Shown here: positions 61,909 to 64,000 of the stretch, piece after piece
Layout of the letters: every line of letters starts with the position of its first letter
Numbering within the stretch: the stretch's first letter is position 1
NCBI GenBank assembly: GCA_963754315.1
Contig: CAVWFS010000020.1
Span: 1 to 64,000, forward strand
Length of the DNA stretch: 64,000 nt
DNA from: an uncultured Candidatus Rokubacteria bacterium
Lineage (GTDB): Bacteria; Methylomirabilota; Methylomirabilia; Rokubacteriales; CSP1-6
Direction of reading: 5' to 3'
Made by a program: the position numbers and the translations under genes
Notes under the pieces: generated by a model
The model's input: the letters and a program-made list of their open reading frames with translations, nothing else
Database searches by the model: none
What the model was told of the DNA's origin: nothing

Positions 61909-62751
61909 CTAGCCATTCTTCGGCGACCAGCCATAGGCCTTGGCGCAGGCACCGCCCATCAGCATCGCCCGTTCACTGTCGCTCAGACGGTCGGTCCGGC
62001 GGAAGGGTTCGACGGCCTGTTCGTAGTTGACGACCGCGAAGGCGCGGGTCCAGTCGGTGCCCCACAGGCAGCGGTCGAAACCCCAGGCGTCGAACACGCG
62101 GGCGAGCGGGTCCCAGATGTCCGGGAAGGGATACGGTTCCCGGGACAGCGTGCAGGCGCCGCTGACCTTGATCACCGCGTTCCGGCGCTTGGCGAGGTCC
62201 AGCACCTTCGGCAGGTCGGCCCAGGGCTGCGGCGGGGCGGGCGGCGTGCGGGGCTGCATGATGGCCAGATGGTCGATGATGAATCGCGTGTCGGGGTGGC
62301 GGTCGATCAGCGCCGTGCCCGCGTCCACGTTGCCCCAGCACAGCATGTTGACCGGAAAGTCGTGCCGAACGGCTTCGCGCAGGATCCGGTCGAGGCCCGG
62401 GTCGTTCGGCTCGCGCTTCGCCTCCTTCGTCATCATGATGCGGATGCCGACCGTGCCCGGCGTCTTCTTCCAGTCGGCGATGACATCGGCTACCGCCGGA
62501 TCATCCGGGTCGACCGGCTTGACGAGGGCGAACCGGCCGGGATGGGCCCGTTGCACTTCCACCGCATAGCTGGCGTCGTACCGGTACATGGAAAAGGCGG
62601 AGATGAAGATCGCGCCGTCGACGCCGACCCTGTCCATCGCCGCCACCATCTCGTCACCCGTGACGTGATCGGGCCAATTCGGCACAGTGTGCCAGGGCCG
62701 TTTCGGCGTGTTCGCCTCATAGACGTGGACCTGGGAATCGATGATCGCCAT
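61909..62751 (-). CDS. Amidohydrolase family 2 protein
   Basis: IIDSQVH, IIDHL, IKVSG, WGTDW. Confidence 0.9.
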   Translation of the reverse strand: MAIIDSQVHVYEANTPKRPWHTVPNWPDHVTGDEMVAAMDRVGVDGAIFISAFSMYRYDASYAVEVQRAHPGRFALVKPVDPDDPAVADVIADWKKTPGTVGIRIMMTKEAKREPNDPGLDRILREAVRHDFPVNMLCWGNVDAGTALIDRHPDTRFIIDHLAIMQPRTPPAPPQPWADLPKVLDLAKRRNAVIKVSGACTLSREPYPFPDIWDPLARVFDAWGFDRCLWGTDWTRAFAVVNYEQAVEPFRRTDRLSDSERAMLMGGACAKAYGWSPKNG

Positions 62752-62815
62752 CGGGGAAGCTCCTCTCTGTTAGAGCAGTTTCATGGAGGGGATCCGAGTT
62801 GCGCGTGGCAGGCCC

Positions 62816-63860
62816 TCATGAGCGCGCCGAGGGACTCCGTGCCGGTCCGAGCGGAGCTTCGCCGCCACCGAGGACGCTCGACTCGGTCATTGTCGCTGCC
62901 GCGATCTCGTACGAGCGCAGGCGCGCTGACTGATCGTAGATGTGCGATACCACCATCAGCTCGTCGGCCTGGGTGCGTTCCACGAAATCGCGCATCTGCG
63001 CTGACACGGTGCCCGGCGAGCCGACGAAAGACACGCGCGAGCGCCGAAGCGGATCGGCGGGATCGGACAGGTCGCGCTCCCACTCCTTCGACGGCGGCGG
63101 CAACTGGATCGGGTGGCCGGATCGCAGGCTGGCGAACGACTGGCGTCCAGACGACGCCAGGAATCGGGCCTCGTCGTCGGTGGCCGCGGCCACCACATTG
63201 ACCCCCAGCATCACGTACGGGGCAGGAAGCTGAGCTGATGGCGTGAAGCGCTCCCGATAGATGCCGATCGCGTCGAAGAGCATGGCGGGCGCGAAGTGCG
63301 AGGCGAACGCGAACGGCAGGCCCAGCGCCGCGGCCACCTGCGCGCCAAACGTGCTGGAGCCGAGAATCCAGATGGGCACCCGCAGGCCGGCGCCGGGCAC
63401 CGCCTGCACGGGCTGACCGGGTCGAGGGTCGGCCAGGAACTCCATCACCTCGAGCACGTCGTTGGGGAAAGTTGTCGGGATCGACGTTCAAGGTGCGCCG
63501 AAGGGCAATCGAGGCGGACCGGTCAGTGCCCGGGGCGCGACCCAGGCCGAGATCGATGCGGCCGGGGAACAGCGACTCCAGCGTGCCAAACTGCTCGGCC
63601 ACCTGCAGGGGCGCGTGGTTCGGCAGCATGATCCCCCCGGACCCAATCCGGATGCGAGATGTACCAGCCCCCACGTGACCAATCAGCACGGCCGTGGCCG
63701 CGCTGCCGATGCCGGGCATGTTGTGGTGCTCGGCCAGCCAGAACCGCGCGTAGCCCAGCCGCTCCGCGTGCTGCGCCAGCTCCAGCGTGCGGCGGAAGGC
63801 CAGTGCCGGCGTGCCGCCTTGGACGATGGGAGAGAGATCCAGGACCGAGAGCGGAATCAT
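62816..63860 (-). CDS. LLM class flavin-dependent oxidoreductase; frameshift near 63465
   Basis: [45 protein letters not shown]. Confidence 0.92.
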
Positions 63861-64000
63861 CTCCTCCAGGATACACGCTCGAGTGAGCGTTGGCGGGCGG
63901 GCTTTACCCCCTACCCCACACTTCTTGTTAGCGGCGCAGCCCCGATCGTGCCCCCGCGGTCGGTACGGCCGTTTGACTTGGGTTGCGCCGAAGCATACGC

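Overview
High-GC bacterial chromosomal window. The gene repertoire (ABC_sub_bind proteins, Uma2, NIPSNAP, LLM and XDH-family enzymes, Tat-exported binding proteins) resembles soil Rokubacteria/Methylomirabilota, but that assignment is inference only. Roughly 20 apparent single-base indels split otherwise intact genes, mostly at 42-56.5 kb, and look like long-read errors. Main content, in order: selO, a lactonase, DUF2950/DUF3300, an IS3 scar, a DUF2182-DUF899/HTH-propeller module, and a probable selenoprotein redoxin (WASW-UGA-GC plus a SECIS-like hairpin) directly upstream of a Tat peptide-binding protein. Next comes a decaying molybdoenzyme (coxMSLG-like)/ABC/acyl-CoA catabolic region with chimeric deletion scars and a Uma2 insert flanked by a direct duplication. 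Then a FixLJ-like two-component system, DUF2846 lipoproteins with a TIR-TM-WD40 protein, and a Crp/Fnr-linked DUF542-DUF2249-membrane-DUF59 operon converging on a norCBQD nitric oxide reductase cluster whose NorC is di-haem. The window ends with a Tat-signal LodA/LodB quinoprotein oxidase pair and housekeeping hydrolases and oxidoreductases. No rRNA, tRNA or CRISPR was seen.
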